This document shows, in pieces, positions 56,601 through 63,000 of a stretch of 64,000 nt of DNA. The position numbers were made by a program, and so were the translations under genes. The notes under the pieces were generated by a model. It searched no databases and had not been told where the DNA came from. It saw only the letters and a list, made by a program, of their open reading frames with translations. How positions within the stretch are numbered: the first letter of the stretch is position 1; every line of letters begins with the position of its first letter. Source of the stretch: an uncultured Acidobacteriota bacterium (lineage in GTDB: Bacteria; Acidobacteriota; Thermoanaerobaculia; Multivoradales; UBA5704); contig CAVYRF010000001.1 in NCBI GenBank assembly GCA_963770895.1, forward strand, positions 1,088,001 to 1,152,000. Reading direction: 5' to 3'.

Positions 56601-59600
56601 TGCAACCCGGCGGCTCGGCTTACAACCTGCCGCTGCTGCTGCGCGCCAGCGGCCCGCTCGCGCCGGCGCGCCTGGCGGCGGCGCTGTCGCGCGTGGTGCG
56701 GCGCCACGAGGTCCTGCGCACGCGCTACGCCGAGCAGGGCGGCCGGCCGGTGCAGATCGTCGACGACGCGGCGCCGGTGGCGGTGCCGGTCGCCGACCTG
56801 GCGGCCCTGCCCGCCGATCGGCGCCAGGAGGAGGCGCGGCGGCTGGTGGCGGCGGCGGCCGGCCAGCCGTTCGACCTGGCGCGCGGACCGGTGCTACGGG
56901 TGCTGATGGTGGCGTCGGGGCAGGACGGGCCGCTGCTGCTCGCGACGCTCCATCACATCGCCGCCGACGGCTGGTCGATGGGCGTGCTGGTGCGCGAGAT
57001 GCAGGCCGCCTGGGCGGCTCGCCCTGCCACGCCGCCGCCGCCGCTGGCGGTGCAATACGCCGACTTCGCGGTGTGGCAGCGCCAGTGGCTGGCCGGCGCC
57101 CCGCTCGCGCGGCAGCTCGGCTGGTGGCGGAAGCAGCTGCACGGCGCGCGCGCGGTGCTGGAGGTGCCGGCCGATCGGCCGCGGCCGCCGGTCGCCACGC
57201 AGCGCGGCGCCGAGCACGTCTTTGCGTTGGACGCCGGCCTGGCGGCGCGGCTGGCGGCGGCCGCCAGCCGCCACGGTGCGACCCTGTTCATGGCGCTGGC
57301 GGGCGGCCTCTATGCGCTGCTGGCGCGGCTGTCGGGCGAGCGCGACCTGATCCTGGGGACGCCGATCGCCAACCGCAACCGCATCCAGATCGAGCCGCTC
57401 ATCGGCTGCTTCGTAAACATGCTGGCGCTGCGCGTCCAGGTGGACGGCGAGGCGGCGTGGGGCGACCTGCTGGCGGCGGTGCGCGAGACCAGCCTGGGCG
57501 CCTACGCCCACCAGGACCTGCCGTTCGAGATGCTGGTCGACCAGGTGGCGCCGCAGCGCGACCTGTCGCGGCCGCCGCTGGTGCAGGTGGCGATGGCGCT
57601 GCAGAACGCGCCGCTGCCGGTGGCCGACCTGGACGGCGTGCGCCTGACGTCGCACGAGCCCGGCAGCGGCACCGCCAAGCTCGACCTCACCTGGAGCTTC
57701 GCCGCCGGTGCGGAAGGCCGCCTGGACGCGACGCTGCAGTACGCCGCCGACCTGTTCGACGCGGCCACCGCGGCGCGCCTGGCGCACCGCTTCGGTGTCC
57801 TGCTCGACGAGCTGCTGAGCCGGCCGCTGGCGCGGGTCGCGGCCGCGGCGCTGCTGGCGCCGGCGGAGCGCCACCAGCTGCTGCACGAATGGAACGACAC
57901 GGCGGCGCCGCCGCTGCCCGCCTGGGACGATCGGGCGGTGGCGCCGGCGGTGCACCACCAGGTCGAGCGCCACGCGGCGCTGCGTCCGCAGGCGCTGGCC
58001 GTCTGCCGCGGCGCGCAGCGGCTCACCTACGGCGAGCTGAACGCGCAGGCCGACCACCTGGCCTGGCAGCTGCGCCGGGCGGGCGCCGGCCAGGACGCGC
58101 CGGTGGCGCTGTGGCTGGAACGCTCTCCCGAGCTGGTCGTCGCGGCGCTGGCGGCGCTCAAGGCCGGCGCCGCCTACCTGCCGCTCGATCCGGCCTGGCC
58201 GGCGGCCCGCGTGCAGGCGATCCTGGACCAGGCGCGGGTGCGCGTGCTGGTCGCCGGCGCCGAGCAGCCGGCGCTCGCCGGCGCGGCGCGCGCCGATGCC
58301 GCCGACGCCGATGCCGCCGACGCCGCTGGCGATGGCGGCAGCAGCAGGCGGGGAGTGCGGCGACTGGACGTGCGAGAGGCGCTGACCCCGCCCGCGGCGG
58401 GCGAGCCGGCCCGGCGCGTCGCGGGTCCGCCGCCGGCGGTAGTGCTGCCGGGGACGCTGGCCTACGTCATCTACACCTCGGGGTCGACCGGCGAGCCCAA
58501 GGGGGTGGAGGTGTCGCACGGCGCGCTGGCCGGCATGGTGCGGTGGAACGCCACCACCTACGGCTGGGGCGCCGGCGAGCGCGGCACGATGCTGGCCACG
58601 CCGTCGTTCGACGCCTCGGTGTTCGAGATCTGGCCGGTGCTGGCGTCGGGCGCCAGCCTGCACGTCCCCGAAGCGGAAGTGCGCCTGGTGCCCGAGCGCC
58701 TGCTGGCCTGGCTGGCCAGCGAGGGGATCACCGTGTCGTTCCTGCCCACGGCGCTGGCCGAGCAGGTGGTGGAAGCCGCCGAGCGCGCGCTTCCCGCGGG
58801 CGACATGCGCCTGCGCACCCTGCTTTCCGGCGGCGACCGCCTGCGGCGGCCGCCGGTGCGCCCGCTCCCTTTCGCGATGGTCAACCTGTACGGGCCGGCG
58901 GAATCGACCGTCGTCTCGACCGTCGGCGCCTGTTCCGTCGTGCCCTCGGGCGGCGGCGAGCCGTCCATCGGCCGCCCGGTCGACGACACCCGGATCTACC
59001 TGGCCGATGCGGCGGGGGAGCTGGTGGCGCCCGGCGTGCCGGGAGAGATGTACCTGGCCGGCCGCGGTCTGGCGCGCGGCTACCTGGGGCGGCCCGACCT
59101 GACCGCCGAGCGTTTCCTGCCCGACCCGTGGAGCGGCCACGCCGGCGGCCGCCTCTACCGCACCGGCGACGTCGCGCGCCACGCACCGATCGGCGACCTG
59201 CACTTCCTGGGGCGCGTCGACGCCCAGGTCAAGGTGCGCGGCTGCCGCATCGAGCCGGCCGAGATCGAGGCGGCGCTGCGCCGCCACCCCGGTGTGCGGC
59301 AGGCGGCGGTGGTGCCGCGCCGCCAGCCTTCCGGAGAGATGCAGCTGGTCGGCTACGTCGTCTTTGCGCCGCCGATGGACCTGGCAGCGCCGGTTGTGGA
59401 CGGCGTGCCGCCGGCCGACCCGGCGGCGGGGGAGCCCGCCGCGGCCACGGCGCCGGCCCAGCTGCGGGCGCTGCTGGCCGCGGAGCTGCCCGAATACATG
59501 GTGCCCGCCGTCCTGGTGGAGCTGCCGGAGCTGCCCGTCACCCCCAACGGCAAGCTCGACCGCGCGGCGCTGCCGGCGCCGCCCGACCGGCAGGAAGCGA

Positions 59601-60001
59601 CGGCCAGCTTTACCGCGCCGCGCAACGACCGCGAGCGCATCGTCGCCGACGCCTGGCGCGAAGTGCTGGGGCGCGAGCGCATCGGCGTCGACGAAAGCTT
59701 CTTCGCCGTGGGTGGCAGCTCGCTGGCGATGGTGCAGCTGCAGAGCCGCCTGCGCTCGGCCCTGGGGCGCGAGGTGCCGCTGCTCGAGCTGTTCCGCCAC
59801 CCGACGATCGAAGGCCTGGCGGCAAGCCTGGGCCAGGACGCCGCCGCGACGGCGGATGCCGCCGCCGGAGCCGCCGAGCAGGCGCGCGCGCGCGTCGCCA
59901 CGCGCCGCGAGTCGCTGCGCCGCCAGCAGGTGCGGCGGCGCGCGCCAGGGGCGGCGGCCGCACCCGGAGATCGAGCCAAAGCAGGAGACAACCATGATTG
60001 A
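41624..60001 (+). CDS. NRPS, T-(C-A-T)x5, no E or TE domain
   Basis: SD GAGGAG before ATG 41624; N-terminal LGLDSL carrier; five HHxxxD C domains; five TSG(S/T)TG A domains; T domains GGHSL x4 and GGSSL. Confidence 0.96.
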   Translation: MKGSAIQPAVGIPATQPDSRSASLQQLATRVAAIASAALGLGAAALDAERPLTALGLDSLAAVEIAAALEADWGTAPPLSLLLAGASCHELARWLQASLRERAAGAPAAPAVGAAGDSREPIPPAKDFPLSPGQQALWFLERLAPTAGAYNVVVAAEARGLDAELLVRLLAILASRHAALRTIFPVHGEQAVQRVLAAPAIDFASQDAAQWSPEQLLQRMAEEAWRPFDLERGPLLRVRLFEPAPVAGPWRGPLLMVAIHHLVADFWSLRILAQQLRELLEAASPLEAGSPSPWAAATPAPVAGVTAAAPAATFAECARRQAEQLAGQQGQLDWAFWRQTLAGERGAVPDLDLPTDRPRPAVQTWRALARSTALAAPRAAALRRLAAAEGATLFGALAAIWQLQLGRAAGQDDFAVGTPTSGRRAAGSAGVVGYFVNSVALRADLRGAPPVGHLLGRVRRSLVVALEHADFPFAWLAARLRPARDPARPPLYQTVLALEPHRPGDPPGLAAFAQGEQGACLDLGGGVALTAVALPERRAQVELTLSVAELADGGLALALEANADLFDAATVDRMLGHFVTLAAAAAAEPERAVWDLPLLTAAEQEQLQQEWGASLQTPAAADARCRPLHELVAERARRAPAATALVIGDAAWTYGCLVARAHHLAARLRGLLGAPGTPPAAERTVALLVERSADLVAGALGILEAGGTLLALDPEYAMPRLAWTLADAGAAAVITQRRFAARLPDTALPQVLVDQVGAVLERGPGRVAAASVAPTVRAGTAAMDGGDAGDRGNGGDGGDGADPGVPGGPAATGWEPWEGARAAYLVYTSGSTGVPKGVAVSHAAAAHQFLSAARTLALAAGDRVLQLPSTGFDAALEQIFATLLAGSTLVMRGPEPWGPRELADRLATRELTVVDVPVAFLTHWIAEAGQLPAPAPSLRLVMVSGEELRAQTVRRHGASPLAAVPLWNCYGPTEAVVSATLYAVRRQDGDGGPVPIGRALPGRVARVLDRHGQPQPLGAPGELCLGGLLARGYHARPDLTAASFVPDPWGPPGTRLYRTGDLVRRRAPDGLLQFLGRLDQQVKVRGFRVEPGEIAAVLAEHPAVAAAAVLALRAVPAVVPAVPPAPAVPAPLTAPAAPTEPTASAMAVVPAAPVVELEQEQELRLVAFVAPELPPDLAGFVAQRLPGYMVPAVWLALSRLPANAAGKIDQAALAALAPDARPLAAAQDGDASAPPDASRAAIEELLAGAWAALLGRETVGRHQDFFALGGHSLLATRVVAQVSRWFGVDLPLSEVFAAPTVAALAERIAAAVARGSAGGPEAAGDPLAGSRPSAAPPLTAGHHDAAHLPLSSAQRRLWFLEQLAPGTALYNIPGALQLSGPLAVPALAAAMAAVVRRHQVLRTAITAMAGQPVQRLVEWPATILPQIDLAALAPAARQHETERLSGAEARQPFDLAQGPLVRALLLRQGPAEHRLLVTFHHLVADGWSLGVFLDQLAELYPLWVARGAQAPLQASQLPQASLPHQESQPPQASQLPQPPLALPASQQPLQAQLPQPPLPSLPALPPLPVQYADFAVWQAAWLAGGEEQRQLVYWRSRLAGVPATELPMDRRRPPVRSSRGATRAAALPAAAPAAIAALARREGVTVFMALAGLFQALAGRLSGDDRVAVGTPVANRRRAEVEPLIGLFVNTLVLDVELGDDPSLGDLLARVRQACLGAYAHQDLPFERLVEELQPGRDLARHPLFQLMFVLADPLPARTLDLPPAVAAGAPGGAGGALRLAPLTRTTGTAKFDLLMSMMTDDQGGWQAHAEYATDLWDPASIDRLLGQFATLLAAAAAAPRDARLATLTLLSAAERQQLLAEWNDTASPSRRQDTEAPGASAAIGAPANAGLIGEVVPADLFRQPTVAALAPASAATGAERLHELVAAQVARMPDAVAVVGGDERLSYGALWASARRLAARLRGLGAGPDVRAGVCLGRTPDLITAFLGVLESGAAYVPLDPALPPHRLQTMLERAGATLLVADREHAAQLDAERSFAGTLVLFGGDRRDAGDDRDDSERDVLHVAQGSLHAGTHDAAAVRRAVVASAGPVAGNSGGDRRPDAADTPLPGGGQASSELAYVIFTSGSTGEPKAVGIEHRGAVALVRWALGAFTRDELAGVLAATSVGFDLSIFEIFVPLSCGGQVILAPSIAELRQVRAIGGVTLVNTVPSPMAELVAAPLPPAVRTVNLAGEALDAELVARLAAHAQVQRVVNLYGPSESTTYATWDQVWSRRAKTAAAPGVIRVTIGRPVAGTTFRVFGRHGDLLPIGVPGELALGGQGLARGYLGRPDLTAERFVPDPCADLPGARLYRTGDRARLLPDGRLDFLGRLDQQVKVRGVRIEPGEIEAVLARHPQVAQAAVVARAAGGVADGPQLVAYVVAAATADSSGGPGSAGDVEVMPAGVAIAADGTGAAGRDGELMAVLAAWLRERLPAAMVPAAWVVLPALPLSSNGKVDRRALPAPAAAVAGEAVAAGEAPRAGAEQALAAIWRQVLGRDRIGRHEDFFAAGGHSLLALRAVFRIGEAFGVEVPVTALFQAPTVAALAAWLAAGAAGTAVGLSDMPGGAPPGTTGAVSALASVGTAAALAGARGEAPASGGSSAAALARLRLGGATLEEPAAAVAPDLAASSQAPEAPGAAASRGLPLSAAQRRLWFLERLHPGQAGYELSVAVRLDGALSLPALAGSVAAVVERHEPLRTVYSESDGQPRQSVLAPPRRPLAMADLRGLAAGRRQASLRAAQGAVAARSFDLERGPVARFLLVALDEGAHVLCVACHHIAADGWSLEVLFRDLAALYGAALAGLPSPLPQPAPRYADHVLAQGRRVQHGDQLARQLAWWRGQLAGLPTLDLPLDRPRPARWSSRGVARRFELDERTASALGAVARSQGATPFMALLAGFFTFLARHSGQDDVAVGVPVAGRSHADAEGMVGLFVNTLVTRVSLADGPSFADLVRRVRHATLEAQQHQDLPFETLVEDLRPERASGASPLFQALFSHLAAAFGAVQMAGLELRLVPEESPTARFDLSCDVHQRDGRLGGNLDFAAALFEPATASRMRDHLLALLAAAAAAPQRPALELPMLSAAERHQVEVEWNHRAGDGITDATPLDHIVRQAAAAPGRRAVVCGGRELTYGELVQRSRRLADRLAALGVGGEDRVGLLLDRSAGVVVAMLATWQAGAAWVPFDPAAPAARLAALAADAGLAALIADPGSRPAPDLGVPCLELAPDDLGRPAGRGRGQVAAPPAEPSIPASASGSGATPGSGPAAGAGALSASPPTARTAARSPLPARPAPAPAPGDLAYLIYTSGTTGVPKAVAVAHGSLLQTLLAWQADYPLRPGDRVPVLAPLWFDTSVIELFAPLTAGGEMEMVPSLDILDLPRLVEVLSRATLAFQVPSLLRRVAAFLADPDGGRPALPPAGPRWLFPAGERVSGDLVRELQQTFPATQVMASYGPTETAVTCATWSPPRPLVEGDEGGVLGRPLTGVTLLVRDCWGNPAPIGVAGELHIGGGGVARGYLGRPRLTADRFRPAPGGGRSYRSGDLTRLLGDGRIQFLGRIDHQIKLRGFRIEPGEIEVALRAQEGVLDALVTVVAAAPAAGRGLGEAPGGDLRLTAYVVPDAPAALADGARQQLLDRLRRRLAERLPDYMVPAAWVLLAAFPLSATGKVDRRALPAPAPDAAALDGLDAAAAAARTPEEELLAALWAEVLGLERVGPASDFFALGGHSLLLTQLASRVRRAFGVEVPLADLFAARTLAEQALRLGELLRQQAAPAAGPPAAQPVELPPIPPLRPLPPAARRQPLPLSFAQERLWLLATLEPGPLYNMPVAARLRGDLLLPALAAALGGIVRRHEVLRTRLVAERGRPAQIVVPHQPRQAARLPLVDLSALPAALGAPVARALLDAEARRPFDLESGRLVRSLVLRLGPADHQLVVVLHHIAADGWSMGVLLDELAVLYTAAAGAGPGLPELPVQYADFAVWQRQWLAGDRLARELAHWRQRLAGAPETLELPADRPRRPDGAAHGGQRSFAMPAGTRGHLALLARRRGWTPFMPLLAAFAALLARWGGRRDAGEVVIGSPIANRNVLETERLIGFFANTLALRLDLEGDPAFALLADRARSVCLDAYAHQDLPFEKLVEELAPVRQAGTTPLFNVMLVLQNVPLRLAVPGLAVELLDAGSGTAKFDLAVFLMESGGELLGSIEFRRDLFDDATIERLTGHLRTLLAGAIAAPAARLSELPLLSPAERSHLALQAAAPPAAIAASLAAGRRLAHLRVADQAARTPDAVAAVFADSHLSYGELAARSRRLAGQLRRLGVGPDVVVGLYVERSLEAMTALLGIMAAGGAFLALDPDSPVERLRLMLDDARAPVIVTQALLADQLPAGGTGAARLVVVDRPAHDPRDAADRDAAAATPLPAPPRGDRLLADHLIYVCYTSGSTGRPKGVAMPHGALAAMLDWQLRTSHAADRTLNFTSLSFDVSFQELFATWSAGGTLVLIGEEVRRDPAALASLLARQQVTRLFLPFVALQQLAVAALAAPPQGFPGALREVLSAGEQLYVTPQVAALAARLPGAALYNHYGPTEAHAVTWLPLTGDPAAWPERPSIGGPLDHARILLLDRNLRRVPQGVPGEVWAAGPGLARGYLGRRRLTAERFMPDPFADVPGWRPGARMYRVGDVARQLADGTLEFLGRTDFQVKVRGHRIEVAEIETALARHPAVSQAAVVAHGEDAASRRLVACVVCAPQVTAPTAADLRAWLGRTLPAAMVPSGWLRAARLPLTATGKLDRRALERWAGGAFAAPDPAAAAAAGYDVAPLDATAGGAAADAAGAADQGPAASLRHPAEELMAGIWREVLGAVEVAAADDFFALGGHSLLATQVVSRIREVFGVELPLRRLFEEPTVAAMTGAVLALRAVGANGANGAGDGGDDPAVAAPPIVRAARDRPLPLSFAQERLWFLDRLQPGGSAYNLPLLLRASGPLAPARLAAALSRVVRRHEVLRTRYAEQGGRPVQIVDDAAPVAVPVADLAALPADRRQEEARRLVAAAAGQPFDLARGPVLRVLMVASGQDGPLLLATLHHIAADGWSMGVLVREMQAAWAARPATPPPPLAVQYADFAVWQRQWLAGAPLARQLGWWRKQLHGARAVLEVPADRPRPPVATQRGAEHVFALDAGLAARLAAAASRHGATLFMALAGGLYALLARLSGERDLILGTPIANRNRIQIEPLIGCFVNMLALRVQVDGEAAWGDLLAAVRETSLGAYAHQDLPFEMLVDQVAPQRDLSRPPLVQVAMALQNAPLPVADLDGVRLTSHEPGSGTAKLDLTWSFAAGAEGRLDATLQYAADLFDAATAARLAHRFGVLLDELLSRPLARVAAAALLAPAERHQLLHEWNDTAAPPLPAWDDRAVAPAVHHQVERHAALRPQALAVCRGAQRLTYGELNAQADHLAWQLRRAGAGQDAPVALWLERSPELVVAALAALKAGAAYLPLDPAWPAARVQAILDQARVRVLVAGAEQPALAGAARADAADADAADAAGDGGSSRRGVRRLDVREALTPPAAGEPARRVAGPPPAVVLPGTLAYVIYTSGSTGEPKGVEVSHGALAGMVRWNATTYGWGAGERGTMLATPSFDASVFEIWPVLASGASLHVPEAEVRLVPERLLAWLASEGITVSFLPTALAEQVVEAAERALPAGDMRLRTLLSGGDRLRRPPVRPLPFAMVNLYGPAESTVVSTVGACSVVPSGGGEPSIGRPVDDTRIYLADAAGELVAPGVPGEMYLAGRGLARGYLGRPDLTAERFLPDPWSGHAGGRLYRTGDVARHAPIGDLHFLGRVDAQVKVRGCRIEPAEIEAALRRHPGVRQAAVVPRRQPSGEMQLVGYVVFAPPMDLAAPVVDGVPPADPAAGEPAAATAPAQLRALLAAELPEYMVPAVLVELPELPVTPNGKLDRAALPAPPDRQEATASFTAPRNDRERIVADAWREVLGRERIGVDESFFAVGGSSLAMVQLQSRLRSALGREVPLLELFRHPTIEGLAASLGQDAAATADAAAGAAEQARARVATRRESLRRQQVRRRAPGAAAAPGDRAKAGDNHD

Positions 60002-63000
60002 CGACATCGACCACCAGGAGCCGGAGCCCGAGCCCGAAACCGCGGCGGCCATCGCCATCGTCGGGCTCGCGGCGCGTTTTCCCGGCGCCGCCGACGCCGC
60101 CACCTACTGGCGCAACCTGAGCCAGGGCATCGAGTCCATCGCCCGGATGAGCGACGGCGAGCTGGCCGCCGCCGGCGTCGCCGCGAGCGACCTGGCCGAC
60201 CCGCGCTACGTCCGCGCCAAGGGCGCCCTGGCGGACGCCGACCTGTTCGACGCCGCTTTCTTCGGCATCACGCCGCGCGAAGCGGAGGTGCTCGACCCGC
60301 AGCACCGGGTCTTCCTGGAAACCGCCTGGGAGGCGCTCGAAGACGCCGGTTGCGACCCGCGGCGCGGCGGCGAGCGGGTCGGCCTGTGGGCCGGCGCCGG
60401 CGCCGCCACCTACCTGGCGGCCAACCTGTTCGCCGAGCGCCGGCGCCTCGAAGCGATCGGCAGCTTTCAGACCCTGCTGCTCAACGACCGCGACTTCCTG
60501 GCGACGCGCGCCGCCCACGCGCTCGATCTGCGGGGGCCCAGCGTCACCGTGCAGACCGCCTGCTCCACCTCGCTGGTCGCCGTGCACCTGGCCTGCCAGA
60601 GCCTGCTCGCCGGCGAGTGCGACGTCGCCCTGGCCGGCGGCGTCTCGATCAGCTCGCCGCTGCGCATCGGCTACTTCTACGAAGAGGGCGGCGTGATGTC
60701 TCCCGACGGCCGCTGCCGCGCCTTCGACGCCGCCGCGGCGGGCGCCGTGGAAGGCAACGGCTGCGGCGTCGTGGCGCTGATGCGCCTGGCCGACGCCACC
60801 GCCGCCGGGGCCCGCATCCTGGCCGTGCTGTGCGGTTCGGCGGTCAACAACGACGGCGCCTCCCGCCCCGGCTTCACCGCGCCCAGCGTCGAAGGCCAGG
60901 CCCAGGTCATCACCGAAAGCCTGCTGATGGCGGGCGTCGATCCGCGCACGATCCGCTACGTCGAGGCGCACGGCAGCGGCACGCCGCTCGGCGACCCGAT
61001 CGAGGTCGCCGCCCTGACCCAGGCCTTCCGCACCGCGGCGGGCGTTGGGGTGGAGCTGCCGCCGGCGTCCTGCGCCCTGGGGTCGGTGAAGACCGCCATC
61101 GGCCACTGCAACACCGCCGCCGGCATCGCCGGCCTGATCAAGACGGTTTTGGCGCTCACCCATCGCACTCTGCCCCCCAGCCTCCACTTTCAGACCCCCA
61201 ATCCGCGCCTGGAGCTGGCGGCCGGCCCCTTCTACGTGCCGGTCGCGGCGGCGCCCTGGCCCGCCGGAGACCAGCCGCGCCGCGCCGGCGTCAGCTCCTT
61301 CGGCCTGGGCGGCACCAACGCCCACGTCATCCTGGAAGAGGCGCCGCCGCCGCCGCCGGCCGACCCGCCGGCGCGCCAGCCGCAGCTGCTGGTGCTCTCC
61401 GCCCGCACCCCTGCCGCCCTGAGCGCCGCCGCGGCGCGCCTGGCCGAGCGCCTGGGCACGGACGGCGAGGAGGTAGTGGGCACCGCTGGCGCCGGGAAGG
61501 CGGCCGGCACCGTCACCGGCGAAGAGGACGATGCCGGTGCGCGCCTGGACCGGGGCGGCGACCAGGAAATCGGCGCCGCCGGCGGAGGAAGCGAGGCGCG
61601 CGCTGTCACTGGCGGGGAGCGCCAGGCGGCGGCGCATCTGGCGGACGTAGCCTGGACCTTGCAGACCGGCCGCCGGCTGTTCGAGCACCGCCGCTTCGTC
61701 GTGGTGCGCGACCGCGAGCAGGCGCGCGCCGCGCTGGCCGCGGCGCCGGCGCCCGGTTCGACCGGCCGCCGCGAAGGCGGGCGCCGCCGCCAGGTGGTGT
61801 TCCTGTTCCCCGGCCTGGGCGACCAGTATCCGGGCATGGCACGCGGCCTGTACGACGCCGAGCCGGTCTTCCGCCAGGAGCTGGACCGCTGCGCGCGGCT
61901 GCTGGCGCCGGCCCTGGCCGCCGCCGGTGCCGCCGAGGATCAGGCGGCAGACCTGCTGGAGGTGCTGTTCGCCGCGGCGGCGCCGCCCTCAGCCGGCGGC
62001 GGGAACGGCGCGGCGCCGGCGCCCCGGCCAGCCGGAGGAGATGCCGGCGCGATGGCGGCGGACCCGCCCGTCGCCGCGGCAAGCCGTACAGGCGGAGCGC
62101 TGCTGCGGCCGCGCCGCGGCGCCGCCGCTGCCGGCGCCGGCAGCGCGGCGGACGACCCGGCGGCGGCGCGGCTGGCGCGCACGCGCTTTGCGCAGCCGGC
62201 GTGCTTCGCCGTCGAATACGCGCTGGCCAAGCTTTTGATGTCCTGGGGCATCGAGCCGCAGGCGCTGATCGGCTACAGCGTCGGCGAGCTGGTCGCGGCC
62301 TGCATCGGCGGTTCGCTGACGCTCGAAGAGGCGCTGGACCTGGTGGCGGAGCGGGCGCTGCGCATCGACGAGCTGCCGGGCGGCGCGATGCTGGCGGTGC
62401 CGCTGCCGGAGCACCAGGTGCTGCCGCTGCTGGCGCCGCCGGACGGGGCAGCGCCCGGCGCCGGCGGCAGCCTGGCGCTGGCGGCGACCAACGGCCAGCA
62501 CTTCTCGGTGGTGGCGGGCGACGAAACGGCGGTGGCGGATCTGGAGCGCCGCCTGGCCGCCGCCGGCACCACCTGCCTGCGGCTGCGCACGACGCACGCT
62601 TTTCATTCGCCCGCCATGGCGCCCGCGGCCGCCCGCCTGCGGGCGCCGCATCGCTGGCCGATGCGGCCGCCGCGCATCCCCTGGATCTCCAACGTCACCG
62701 GCGGCTGGGTCGGCGCCGCCGATCTGGACGATCCCGGCTATTGGGCGCGCCACGTCACCGGCACCGTGCGCTTTGCGGAAGGGTTGAGCGAGCTGCTGGC
62801 CGAGCCCGACCGCCTGTTCGTCGAGGTGGGGCCGGGGTCCACGCTCTCCACCCTGGTGGCGCAGCATCCCGCTGCGACGGCGGCCACCGTGGCGGTCCCC
62901 ACCCTGCGGCGCGCCGACGAGACCGGCGACGACCTGGAGCGGCTGCTGGCCGCCGCCGGCCGTCTCTGGATCGAAGGGGTGCCGATCGACTGGCAGCGTT